DNA of 63,533 nt, the filler included, from Reclinomonas americana ATCC 50394 (taxonomy: Eukaryota): assembly GCA_048213135.1 (NCBI GenBank). It is 6 parts of 3 records of this genome, joined end to end, with 100 filler letters (N's around TTAATTAATTAA, not from the genome) between each part and the next. Parts side by side here need not be neighbours in the genome. Positions count along the whole stretch, not along the records: positions 14,283 to 22,439 come from PS015026.1; positions 22,540 to 43,796 come from PS015026.1; 4 more parts are not named here. One strand, 5' to 3'. Positions 14,283 through 26,770 of the stretch are shown here, piece by piece (position 1 is the first letter of the stretch; each line of letters starts with the position of its first letter). The translations under genes and the position numbers were made by a program. The notes under the pieces are model-generated. The model did not search any database. It was given only the letters and a program-made list of their open reading frames with translations, and had not been told where the DNA came from.

Positions 14283-17200
14283 CATTGCGACTGGCGGCAC
14301 GGCGACGGTGACGGGCGTGCTGATGGCCGGAAGTTTGACGACAGCCGGCACGATTGATGTGACTGGCGCGGCATCGGTGGGCAGCCTGGCGAGTGCTAAC
14401 GCAGTGAGTGCTGCCGGCCTGGTGACGGGTGGCGGCGGGTTCACGACAAGTGGCGCCGTGGTCGCTGGCGGTCTGGTGACGGCGGGCAACCTGACGACAG
14501 GTGGCACTGTGCAGGCGGCTGGTGTGATCACTGGCGGCAGTGTGACGACCGTGGGGTCGCTGCAGAGCGGCTCGGTGAGCACGTCGGGCCTGGTGAGCGG
14601 CGGCAGCATTGCGACTGGCGGCACGGCAACGGTGACGGGCCTGATGACTGCCGGCGGTTTCACGACGGCTGGCACGATTCAAGCGGTCGGTGTCATCACT
14701 GGCGGCAGTGTGACGACCGCGGGCAGTTTGCAAGGACTGACGATGAGTGTATCGGGCGTTATCAATGGTGGCAGTCTGAATACGGTCGGCACGGTTGTCA
14801 GCACTGGTTCCCTGACAGCCGGAAGTGTGACGACCGGCGGCGTGGTGACAGCCACCGGCCTAANNNNNNNNNNNNNNNNNNNNNNNNNNNNNNNNNNNNN
14901 NNNNNNNNNNNNNNNNNNNNNNNNNNNNNNNNNNNNNNNNNNNNNNNNNNNNNNNNNNNTCACGGGTGGCAGTGTGACGACGGCGGGATCGTTGCAGAGC
15001 GGCAGCGTGAGCTCCAACGGTCTAATGTCGGGCGGCAGTCTGTCGACGGCAGGAACGCTGGTGAGCGCTCTCTCGGCGACAGTGGGCAGTTTGACAACTG
15101 GCGGTTCCATGTCGGCCGCCGGGCAAGTGACGGGTGGCAGTTTTTCGACAAGCGGCTTGATCTTGGCGACGGGAACAATTGTGACGCAAAGCGATGTGTT
15201 TGCGAGTGGGCGAGTGGCGGCCGTGGGGTTGGTGCAAGGCGGCAGCTTGTCGACGGCTGGCCAAGTGCTGTCGGTGGGTGATATGATAAGTGGCGGCAAT
15301 GTGTCTGCCAGTGGAGCCGTACGAGGCGGCAGTATGAGCACGAGTGGTGGTGTGATTGGCGGAAGCATGTCGACGTCGGGCACCGTGAGTGCGCAGGGTG
15401 TGATGAGCGGCGGCAGTCTGACGACTATTGGCACGATTGTGGCGGGAGGACTGGTTAGTGGAGCCAGTCTGAGCACCACGGGTACCGTGGTGGCTGGCGG
15501 CGCACTTCGTGCTGCCACCATCACGTCGTCAGCTGACGTGACCACCGCCACCATTGTCGCCTCCGGACTTGTAAGTGGTGGTAGCTTTGTGACGTCTGGC
15601 ACCGCTGCAGTGACGGGTTTGCTGTCGGGTGGCAGTCTCAGCACTGCCGGCACAGCTGTGGTTGCCAGTGTGCTTACTGCCGGCAGCGTAACGTCGGCTG
15701 GTGCCATCACGGGTGATTCACTTTCGGCTGCAGGCATTGTCTCAGGCGGCAGCATGACAACCAACGGCACTGGCGTGATTGGTCGTACTCTCAACGTTGG
15801 TGGCGTGCTGACTGCTGCAAGTGACCTGTCTGTGACCGGCGGTAGTGGGGCCAAATTCACTGGGCCCGTGTCGGTCGACGGTGGCACCACCTTTGGTGGC
15901 CGTGTGGACATGAATAACGTGGTCAATGTGACTGGAGCGGTCACGCTGTCCAACACTGTGAATTCCTCCAGTCGCATCACCGCCAGCTCTCTGACATCAA
16001 CCGGAAACGTGGATTCGCTGTCGTTGAATGTCGCTGCGGCGGCTACTGTGGGCACAACGCTCACAGCGGCTGCAGTGACTAGCACAGGCGCAATATCGGC
16101 CTCTGGTACTGTGTCTGGCTCTTCGTTGTCCACGAGCGGTTCTTTGTCGGCGGGCGGTGCGCTTATGGTGGGCAGTGTTACTACTGGCGGGGCGATTTCC
16201 GCTGCCGGTGTCATCACTGGTGGGAGCGCGGTGGTCAACGGCGCCATTTCCGCTGCTGGCACGATTTCCACTAGCAGTTTGACGACCGCCGGTGCCATCA
16301 ATGCTGCTGGTGCACTGCTTGCCGGCAGTTTGTCTACCGGTGGCACGCTGAATGTAGGTGGCGTGATTACGGGCGGCAGTGTTACAACGCAGGGCTCCCT
16401 CGCAGGCTCCTCTGTCAGCACGGCCGGTGTGATTTCCGGAGGCAGCATTACTACTGGTGGATCACTGGCAGTGGGCAGCCTGACGGCTGCCACCAGTGTG
16501 TCCGCTGCCGGTCTGATTGCTGCCGCCGGCGGTGTGCAAACCGTCGGCGCTGTGAGCGCCGCCGGTCAGCTGTCTGCAGGCAGCATGTCGACCGCGGGCA
16601 CCTTGATTGTTGGTGATGTCATCACGGGCGGTTCGTTGACGACCACCGGCAGCGTTCAAGGCCTCACCGCCAGTGCCTCGGGCCTCGTGAGCGGTGGCAG
16701 TTTCGCCACGCAAGGCACCATAATTGCCACCGGTGTAATTCTCGGTGGCAGCCTCACTACGGCTGGTAGTATTGCTGCTGCCGGCTCTCTGTCGGCTCGC
16801 GATGCCACTCTTGTTGGTTTCGTCGCCGCCAGTGGCATTGTCAGCGGCGGCAGTCTGTCGACCACTGGCACGCTGACTGTGACACAGTCTATCACTGCCG
16901 GCTCGTTGTCGACCTNNNNNNNNNNNNNNNNNNNNNNNNNNNNNNNNNNNNNNNNNNNNNNNNNNNNNNNNNNNNNNNNNNNNNNNNNNNNNNNNNNNNN
17001 NNNNNNNNNNNNNNNNNNNNNNNNNNNNNNNNNNNNNNNNNNNNNNNNNNNNNNNNNNNNNNNNNNNNNNNNNNNNNNNNNNNNNNNNNNNNNNNNNNNN
17101 NNNNNNNNNNNNNNNNNNNNNNNNNNNNNNNNNNNNNNNNNNNNNNNNNNNNNNNNNNNNNNNNNNNNNNNNNNNNNNNNNNNNNNNNNNNNNNNNNNNN

Positions 17201-20200
17201 NNNNNNNNNNNNNNNNNNNNNNNNNNNNNNNNNNNNNNNNNNNNNNNNNNNNNNNNNNNNNNNNNNNNNNNNNNNNNNNNNNNNNNNNNNNNNNNNNNNN
17301 NNNNNNNNNNNNNNNNNNNNNNNNNNNNCGGGGCCGGTTCAAGCCTTGTCGCTTAGCGTTTCGGGCCTCGTGAACGGCGGGTCGATAGCCACCAACGGCA
17401 CACTGCAAGTCACGGGACAGATTTCCGGAGGCAGTATCACGAGCAGTGGCACGCTTTCGGTTGCCGGGGTGGTGACTGTTGGAAGCCTAACAACGACTGG
17501 ATCGCTCATTGGCACATCGATCAGCGCGGCTGGCCTTTTGTCAGCCGGCAGTCTCACCACGACTGGTGACCTGCTGGCAGCCGGGAACATGTCGGTCAAC
17601 AATGGCACTGTCCGCGGTGCTCTCAGCAGCAGCGGGTTGATCACTAGCGGTGGGCTCTCTACGGCCGGCACGGTGATCGCCGCGGGCATGATGATGGGTG
17701 GCAACTTGAGCACCGCCGGCACCATTGGTGCCGCCGGTCCCATTACCGTCGGTGGTGTGACCACGGCAGGCGTCGTGCAGGCAACTGGTGTAATCAGCGG
17801 CGGCAGCTTGTCAACCACCGGACGCCTGGATGTCACGGGCATTCTGTCGGCCGGAAGTATAACGTCGGCTGGCATTGTTTCTGGTGCTTCGCTGAGTAGT
17901 GCCGGACTGGTTATCGGCGGTTCGCTCAGCACGACCGGCACTGCAGTGATCAGCGGTCTTGCGACGGCCGGCAGCATTGTGTCGCTGAGCACAATCGATG
18001 CCAGTGGACTGGTCTCTGGTGGCAGCTTCAGCTCGGGCGGCTCCGTGCGTGCCGCATCTGTTACTGCAAGCGGTCCTGTAGTGGCGAATTCGGTCACCGG
18101 CACCTTGTCGGTTCAGTCTTCCGGGGTGATCACTGCCGGCAGCTTCACCACTAGCGGCGCCGTGGACGTGGCAGGTCGTGTCACCGCTGGCAGCATGTCG
18201 TCCTCGGGTACCGTTACTGTGGCCGGTCTTGTCAGTGCCGGAAGCCTGTCCACCACTGGCTCTCTGGTGGTTGTCGATGTAATTAGCACTGCCGGTGGGC
18301 TTTCAACAACGTCCACTGTCAGTGCTGCTGGTGTTATTACTGGCGGCAGCGTCACCACTGGCGGCTCCGTGTTGGCGTCCTCGATTAGTACCGCTGGCAT
18401 TGTCAACAGCGGTTCATTCACAACGGCAGGCACTATTTCGGCCACCGGTCTCATGTCTGGCGGCAGTTTGTCGACCAATGGCAACCTCACAGTGGCCGCT
18501 ACCATCTCTGGCAACCAGATGACGCTTTCGTCGACGGCCAGTGTAACTGGTCTTATCACTGGCGGCAGCGTGACCACTGGCGGTACTGTGAGTGCCGCCG
18601 GTGTAATCATTGGCGGTAGTTTCTCCACCAGTGGCACGCTTGCTGTGGTTGGTCTCATCACTGGTGGGAACATCACAACAGCTGGCACTGTCAACGCCAA
18701 TGGCGTTATTGTGGGCGGCAGCTTCTCGAGTGCCGGCACCGCGATCATTGGTGGTGTAGTTACCGTCGGCAGCATTTCTACGGCTGGCACAGCCACTGTT
18801 GCTGGTCTGGTCACCGGTGGCAGCTTGACAACTGCCGGCACAATTTCTGGTACTGGTCTGTTGACAGCGGGCAGTGTCACCACAGCGGGTTCAGTTGCCG
18901 CGCTGTCTGTCAGTGCGTCGGGTGTGATTGCTGCTGGCAGCTTGACCACGCAGGGATCGATTGTCGTTGGTGGAGTGATGCAGAGTGGCTCGGCGTTGGT
19001 GAACGGAGCAGTCAGCGCCGCCGGTTCCATCACTGCCACTGGTGGTGTGATTAGTGGTGCAGTATCGATCAGCGGCCTCCTCACTGGCGGCAGCTTCACG
19101 ACCACCGGTAGTCTGACGGCTGCCAATGTGATTGTCGGTGGCAGCTTCACCGCCAGTGGCAGTCTCTGGGCATCGACTGTGAGCACTGCCGGTCTCGTGG
19201 CGGGCGGCAGTCTCTCAACAAGCGGCGNNNNNNNNNNNNNNNNNNNNNNNNNNNNNNNNNNNNNNNNNNNNNNNNNNNNNNNNNNNNNNNNNNNNNNNNN
19301 NNNNNNNNNNNNNNNNNNNNNNNNNNNNNNNNNNNNNNNNNNNNNNNNNNNNNNNNNNNNNNNNNNNNNNNNNNNNNNNNNNNNNNNNNNNNNNNNNNNN
19401 NNNNNNNNNNNNNNNNNNNNNNNNNNNNNNNNNNNNNNNNNNNNNNNNNNNNNNNNNNNNNNNNNNNNNNNNNNNNNNNNNNNNNNNNNNNNNNNNNNNN
19501 NNNNNNNNNNNNNNNNNNNNNNNNNNNNNNNNNNNNNNNNNNNNNNNNNNNNNNNNNNNNNNNNNNNNNNNNNNNNNNNNNNNNNNNNNNNNNNNNNNNN
19601 NNNNNNNNNNNNNNNNNNNNNNNNNNNNNNNCCATGATGGCGGTGACGACGCGATCCGACACCATAACAACCTCTGGCTCGGTGCTGGTGGGCACTGACG
19701 TCACCGCCGCCACCGTGGTGGCAGGCGCCGGCGGTGTCAACACAACGACACTGTCGGCCTCTGGTAACGCCACTCTTGCTCTCAACGCCACCGTCGGCAA
19801 CAGGCTCACTGTCTCCGGCGTCACCACCCTGAACTCTGACGTCACAGTGGCCGGTCTGGCCACTCTCAGCAACGGCATTGTGGTTGGCAACGACTCCAGT
19901 TTCACCAAGCGTGTCACGTTTGTCGATCAGGTCACGTTTAGCAACTCCATTGTCGCCGCCAACTCGGTGACTGTCGTCGGCAGCGTGGTTGCTGGCAATG
20001 TGACATCAAACTCCAATGTCTCGGCTGTTTCCATTACTGCCCTGCAGGGAATCACGAGCAACACGTTGACAACAGGCGCGTTGACGACATCGTCCATCAC
20101 ATCGACCGGACCGCTTTCGGCAACGTCGTTGTCGACTGCAGGCACTCTGANNNNNNNNNNNNNNNNNNNNNNNNNNNNNNNNNNNNNNNNNNNNNNNNNN

Positions 20201-23200
20201 NNNNNNNNNNNNNNNNNNNNNNNNNNNNNNNNNNNNNNNNNNNNNNNNNNNNNNNNNNNNNNNNNNNNNNNNNNNNNNNNNNNNNNNNNNNNNNNNNNNN
20301 NNNNNNNNNNNNNNNNNNNNNNNNNNNNNNNNNNNNNNNNNNNNNNNNNNNNNNNNNNNNNNNNNNNNNNNNNNNNNNNNNNNNNNNNNNNNNNNNNNNN
20401 NNNNNNNNNNNNNNNNNNNNNNNNNNNNNNNNNNNNNNNNNNNNNNNNNNNNNNNNNNNNNNNNNNNNNNNNNNNNNNNNNNNNNNNNNNNNNNNNNNNN
20501 NNNNNNNNNNNNNNNNNNNNNNNNNNNNNNNNNNNNNNNNNNNNNNNNNNNNNNNNNNNNNNNNNNNNNNNNNNNNNNNNNNNNNNNNNNNNNNNNNNNN
20601 NCGTCCACCAGTATCCTTGTGGGTGGAAGTGTTTCTGCACTCGGTTCGCTCACAGTTGGCGGCGCGGCGCAAATGTCTTCGGCATCCGTCACCAACAACG
20701 CCTCGTTTGGCGGCAACATCACGGTGACGGGTCTCATCACGGGAGCCAGTTTGTCGGTGGCTGGCCAGATTACAACATCGGCGGTCGTGACTGGCGGCAG
20801 TTTCTCCACGGCCGGAAATCTCTTCGTGCTTGGGCTCATTGATGGTGGCAGTCTGTCGACTGCCGGAACTCTTGTCACGGGCGGTCTGATCAGTGGCGCC
20901 AATCTGAGCACCGCCGGCACTGTCTCCGCGGCTGGTGCCATTGTGAGTCTCACCTCCGTCAGTACAGTGGGGGCTGTCCAAGCGAATGCGGTTTCCACAG
21001 TCGGTCTCATCTCGGCCGGTAGCCTAACAACCGCGGGTTCCATTGCGGCACTGGGTACCGTGATTGGCGGAAGTTTTTCTACTGCTGGCACGTTGGCGGC
21101 AGCCGGCTCGCTGACTAGTGGTAGTGTCGTGACCAGTGGCACGGTTTCGGCTGCTGGTGCGCTCACTGCCGGCAGCCTGCTGTCCAACGGCACAATTAGC
21201 GCACCTGGCCTCATTTCTGGCGGCAGTGTGACCACGGGTGGTTCGCTGCTGGCGGGCAGTATTAGTACGGCTGGATCGCTTGTTGCTGCCACTCTGACAA
21301 GTGGAGGCGCATTCTCATCGGCCGGCCTCATTTCTGGTACTGGCGTCAACACTGGTGGCGTCGTGTCGGCCGGCTCTGTCATTGTGAGCAGCACGGTGAC
21401 TGCAACGGGCAGTCTCACCTCGCTCAGTGTGAGCTCGTCAGGCGTCATCAGTGGCGGCAGTCTGTCAACATCGGGACTCCTGAATGGCGGCACGATTAGT
21501 GCGCAATCAGCAGTGCTCAGCAGCGACGCAATCAGCGCAGCCGGCACAATCACTGGCAATGTGATTACCGCGCAAGGTGCCGTTCTTGGCAACTCTGTCA
21601 GCGCCTCCGGGTTCGTCAGCGGTGGTAGCTTCACCACTGGTGGCACCATTGGCGCAGTCGGCGTCATCACCGGTGGGAGCGTTACCACGGCCGGCACATT
21701 GCAAGGTCGTACCATGAGTGCGTCGGGCGTGGTGGCCGGTGGCAGTCTGACCACCGACGGCACGCTAACGGTGCTGGCTAACGCCACAGTCGGCACGCTC
21801 GTCAGTGGTGGTACTGTGAGTGCGGCAGGTGTCGTCAGTGGCGGCAGTGTAACCACTGGTGGCACGCTGCTGGCGGCGCTGATGAGCGCGTCGGGGATGG
21901 TGAGCGGCGGCAGCCTCAGCAGCAACGGTACGCTGGTGGTTGGCAGCGGTGTGACGGCCGGCAGTGTGACGACGGCCGGCACCATTGCGGCCACCAACAG
22001 TGTGACTGGCGGCTCGTTTGTGACTGGTGGCACCGTGTCGGCTGCAGGCCTGATCACTGGCGGCAGTGTGACGACCGTCGGGTCACTGCAGAGCGGCTCT
22101 GTGAGCACGTCTGGCCTGGTGAGTGGCGGCAGCATTGCGACTGGCGGTACGGCGACGGTGACGGGCCTTATGACTGCCGGCAGTTTGACGACGGCTGGCA
22201 CGATTGGCGCGACTGGCGCAGCATCGGTGGGCAGCCTGGCGAGTGCGAGCTCGGTGAGCGCCGCCGGCCTGGTGACGGGCGGCGGCGGGTTCACGACGAG
22301 TGGCGCTGTGGTCGCTGGCGGTCTGGTGACGGCGGGCAACCTGACGACAGGCGGCACTGTGCAGGCAGCTGGTGTGATTACGGGCGGCAGTGTGACGACC
22401 GTGGGGTCAGTGCAGAGCAGTTCGATGAGCACGTTTGGCNNNNNNNNNNNNNNNNNNNNNNNNNNNNNNNNNNNNNNNNNNNNTTAATTAATTAANNNNN
22501 NNNNNNNNNNNNNNNNNNNNNNNNNNNNNNNNNNNNNNNGTGACGGCGGGCAACCTGACGACAGGCGGCACTGTGCAGGCAGCTGGTGTGATTACGGGCG
22601 GCAGTGTGACGACCGTGGGGTCAGTGCAGAGCAGTTCGATGAGCACGTTTGGCCTGGTAAGTGCCGGCAGCATTGCGACTGGCGGCACTGCGACGGTGAC
22701 GGGCCTGATGACCGCCGGCAGTTTGACGACGGCTGGCACGATTGGTGCCACCGGCGCAGCATCGGTGGGCAGCCTGGCGAGTGCGAGCTCGGTGAGTGCT
22801 GCCGGCCTGGTGACGGGCGGCGGCGGGTTCACGACGAGTGGCGCCGTGGTCGCTGGCGGTCTGGTGACGGCGGGTAACCTGACGACAGGCGGCATTGTGC
22901 AAGCGGCTGGTGTGATCACTGGCGGCAGTGTGACGACCGTGGGGTCGCTGCAGAGCGGCTCGGTGAGCACGTCGGGCCTGGTGAGCGGCGGCAGCATTGC
23001 GACTGGCGGCACGGCAACGGTGACGGGCCTGATGACTGCCGGCGGTTTCACGACGGCTGGCACGATTCAAGCGGTCGGTGTCATTACTGGCGGCAGTGTG
23101 ACGACCGCGGGCAGTTTGCAAGGACTGACGGTGAGTTCGTCTGGACAGCTTAGTGGTGGTACGCTGAGCACCAGCGGCGCACTGTTCAGCGGCGGTGCGT

Positions 23201-26200
23201 TGACAGCCGGAAGTGTGACGACCGGCGGCGTGGTGACAGCCACCGGCCTAATCACGGGTGGCAGTGTGACGACGGCGGGATCGTTGCAGAGCGGCAGCGT
23301 GAGCTCCAACGGTCTAATGTCGGGCGGCAGTCTGTCGACGGCAGGAACGCTGGTGAGCGCTCTCTCGGCGACAGTGGGCAGTTTGATAACTGGCGGTTCC
23401 ATGTCGGCCGCCGGGCAAGTGACGGGTGGCAGTTTTTCGACAAGCGGCTTGATCTTGGCGACGGGAACAATTGTGACGCAAAGCGATGTGTTTGCGAGTG
23501 GGCGAGTGGCGGCCGTGGGGCTGGTGCAAGGCGGCAGCTTGTCGACGGCTGGCCAAGTGCTGTCGGTGGGTGATATGATAAGTGGCGGCAATGTGTCTGC
23601 CAGTGGAGCCGTACGAGGCGGCAGTATGAGCACGAGTGGTGGTGTGATTGGCGGAAGCATGTCGACGTCGGGCACCGTGAGTGCGCAGGGTGTGATGAGC
23701 GGCGGCAGTCTGACGACTATTGGCACGATTGTGGCGGGAGGACTGGTTAGTGGAGCCAGTCTGAGCACCACGGGTACCGTGGTGGCTGCCGGCACTGTGT
23801 ACGGCAGCAGCTTCACGACCGACGGAGCGCTGACTGTGGGTACGATCATTCGCGGTACATCTGTGACCGCAACCGGAAGCATTGTGGCGCTGAGTGCGTC
23901 CACCTCTGGCACCATTGCTGGTGGCAGCTTGTTCACTGACGGCGCGCTCGATGCTGGCGGTGTGGCCACATTGCGAAGCTTGTCGGTAGGCACCACAGCC
24001 AGTATTACTGGTCTGGTCACCTGCGGGTCATTCACTTCTTCCGGCCCCATGTTCGGCTTCAGTGTGAGCTCCGCTGGCATGGTGACTGCCGGCTCATTCA
24101 CCACCTCGGGTCAGGTGCTGGCACTTGGTGACGTTGTCTCCAGTGGCACGGTGCGAGGCGGTTCTCTGTCGAGTGCATCTGCCGCCACCGTGGTCGGCTT
24201 GATCACCGTCGGCAATCTCACGACTGCTGGTTCGGTGCAAGCGGCACTCACTGTCAGTGGCGCAGCACTGAGCTCGTCGGGCACCGTTACTGCCAGTAGC
24301 CTGGTCTCCGGTGCCACACTCTCCACGAGCGGCCTGGTGATCTCTACGGGCATGGTTGCTGGCGGCAGTGTGACGGCCAGCGGTGGCGTGTACGGCAATC
24401 TGGTGAGCACGGCTGGCGCGATCACCGGAGCCTCGTTCTCCTCCACTGGCAACGTTATCGTCACGGGCGTCATTGCGAGTAGCTCGCTGTCGTCTTCGTC
24501 TGCCTTGCTGGCCAATGGGCTCATCGCCGGCGGTAGCATCTCCAGCGGCGGCAGCATCTTCAGTTCGCTTTCTGTCTCGGCGGTTGGCATGATTGCCGGC
24601 AGCGATCTGTCCACGGCCGGCACGGTTATGGCCGCCGGTCTCGTCAGCGGAAACAGCTTGTCATCGTCTGGCTCGATCACGGCTGCCGCGTCTGTCAGCT
24701 CGACCACACTGCAGACGTCGGCAGCGGCCACGATCGGTACCACACTCACCGCTGTGCAGGTGATTGCGACCGGCAGCGTTAGTGCTGCCGGCGGTGTGGT
24801 GTCGGGTGGTAGTATGTCGTCATTTGGTGCCATTCTCGGTGGCAATGTCAGCACGGCAGGAATCATTACGGGCACGAGCTTGACGAGTTCTGGATCGCTT
24901 ACTGCTGGAGGCACAGTGTCTGGCGCGCAGCTTATCAGCTCATCTTCGGTCAGCGCCGCCGGCTTGTTGACTGTCGGCAGCCTGACAACCGCCGGTCGCA
25001 TTCTGGCCGGCGACACCGTGACCGCCGCCAACATTGTTTCGGGCGGCTCAATGAGCGCTGCCGGCACGCTGAACGCCGGCAGCACTGTACTGAACGGAAC
25101 GCTGCTGGTTAGCGGTCAAATTACTGGAAGTACTTCCATGTCTGCCGCCGGCATTGTACAGGGCTCACAACTCACCACGGCTGGCCTCGTGGCCGGCTCC
25201 GGCCTGTCCACCAATGGCTCCGTGTTTGCTGGCGGTGATGTGAATGCGACGCGTGTGCTGACGAGCGGGCCAATGGTTGCCGGCGGTACGTTGACTGCCG
25301 CCGGGCTGACAACCAGCGGCAACGTGCAAGCGTCCAGCATTTCCGGTTCCTCGGTATTGGCGTCTGGTACCATCAGTAGCGCAGGCACCATGACGGCGTC
25401 TGCGCGGATGACAGCCGGTGAGCTGTCGTCCTCTGGTAACATCTGGGCCCTCACAGGCACCATCGGTGGCAACAGCCTCACCGCGGTGGGCGCCATCACG
25501 GCTGCAAGTCTCAGTGTCTCCGGTAGTATCACCACTGGTGCGGCATTCTCGACTAGCGGTACCATTAGTGCTGGCGGTCTCGTGAGTGGAGGCAGCATCA
25601 CTGCTGGCGGTATTATTATTGGCAGCAGCTTTAGCACGGCGGGGTCGGCCACTATTACCGGCCCGCTGACTGCCGAGACTTTGACTGTCAATGTGTCGGT
25701 GTCGGCGTCTGGCCTCGTCACTGGTGCCACGCTGTCGACAAGTGGAGCGCTGTTTGCCGGTACCGCCGCCACTGTGGGATCGCTCAGCACAGCCGGTTCC
25801 GTTCAAGGCGCGATTCTCTCATCGGCCGGCGTTGTCACTGGCGGTAGCTTCAGCTCTGCCGGCACTCTCGTGTCTGGCTCCAACATCAGCACCAGTGGCG
25901 CTCTGATCAGCGGTGTGAGTGTGAGCACCGCCGGACAACTCGTCGCCAACACAGTGTCCACTGTCAACGGCTCCACGATCGGCGGTACACTGTCGGCTGC
26001 TGCGCTTGTCACGGGGGGCTCTCTCACCGTGACGGGTGTGATCTCGGGAGGCAGTGTAACGACTGTCGGATCGCTACAGAGCAGCTCGGTGAGCACGTTT
26101 GGCCTGGTGAGTGCCGGCAGCATTGCGACTGGCGGCACAGCGACGGTGACGGGCCAGATGACTGCTGGCAGCTTCGAGACGGCTGGCACGATTGGTGCCG

Positions 26201-26770
26201 CCGGCGCGGCATCGGTGGGCAGCCTGGCGAGTGCCAACGCAGTGAGTGCTGCCGGCCTGGTCACGGGCGGTGGCGGATTCACGACGAGTGGCACCGTGGT
26301 CGCTGGCGGTCTGGTGACGGCGGGCAACATGACGACAGGCGGCACAGTGCAGGCAGCTGGTGTGATTACGGGCGGCAGTGTGACAACTGTGGGGTCGCTG
26401 CAGAGCGGCTCTGTGAGCACTTCGGGCCTGGTGAGCGGCGGCAGTTTTGCGACTGGCGGCACGGCGACTGTGACGGGCGCGGTGATGGCCGGCAGTTTCA
26501 CGACGGCTGGCAAGATTGATGCCGCCGGCACGGCGACAGTTGGCGGTCTCGCCACTGCGGGAGTGGTTAGCTCTGTCGGCCTGATAGTCGGCGTTGGAGG
26601 CATCACCACGAGCGGCACGGTCGCAGCTGGCGGTCTGGTGACGGCGGGCAACTTTACGACGAGCGGCACCTTACAGGTGGCCGGTATTATCACTGGTGGC
26701 AACGTGACGACCGCGGGCGGCGTGCAAAGCCTGACTGTGAGCTCGTCGGGTGTGGTGAGCGGCGGCACTC
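14283..26770 (+). repeat. Intragenic 324-bp (108-aa) repeat units and a ~1.1-kb near-identical duplication
   Basis: Unit starting cattgcgactggcgg occurs at 14283, 22133, 22671 and 26121, with partial or degenerate copies at 14607, 22995 and ~26445. Block 14283-15496 matches 22671-23788. Confidence 0.9.
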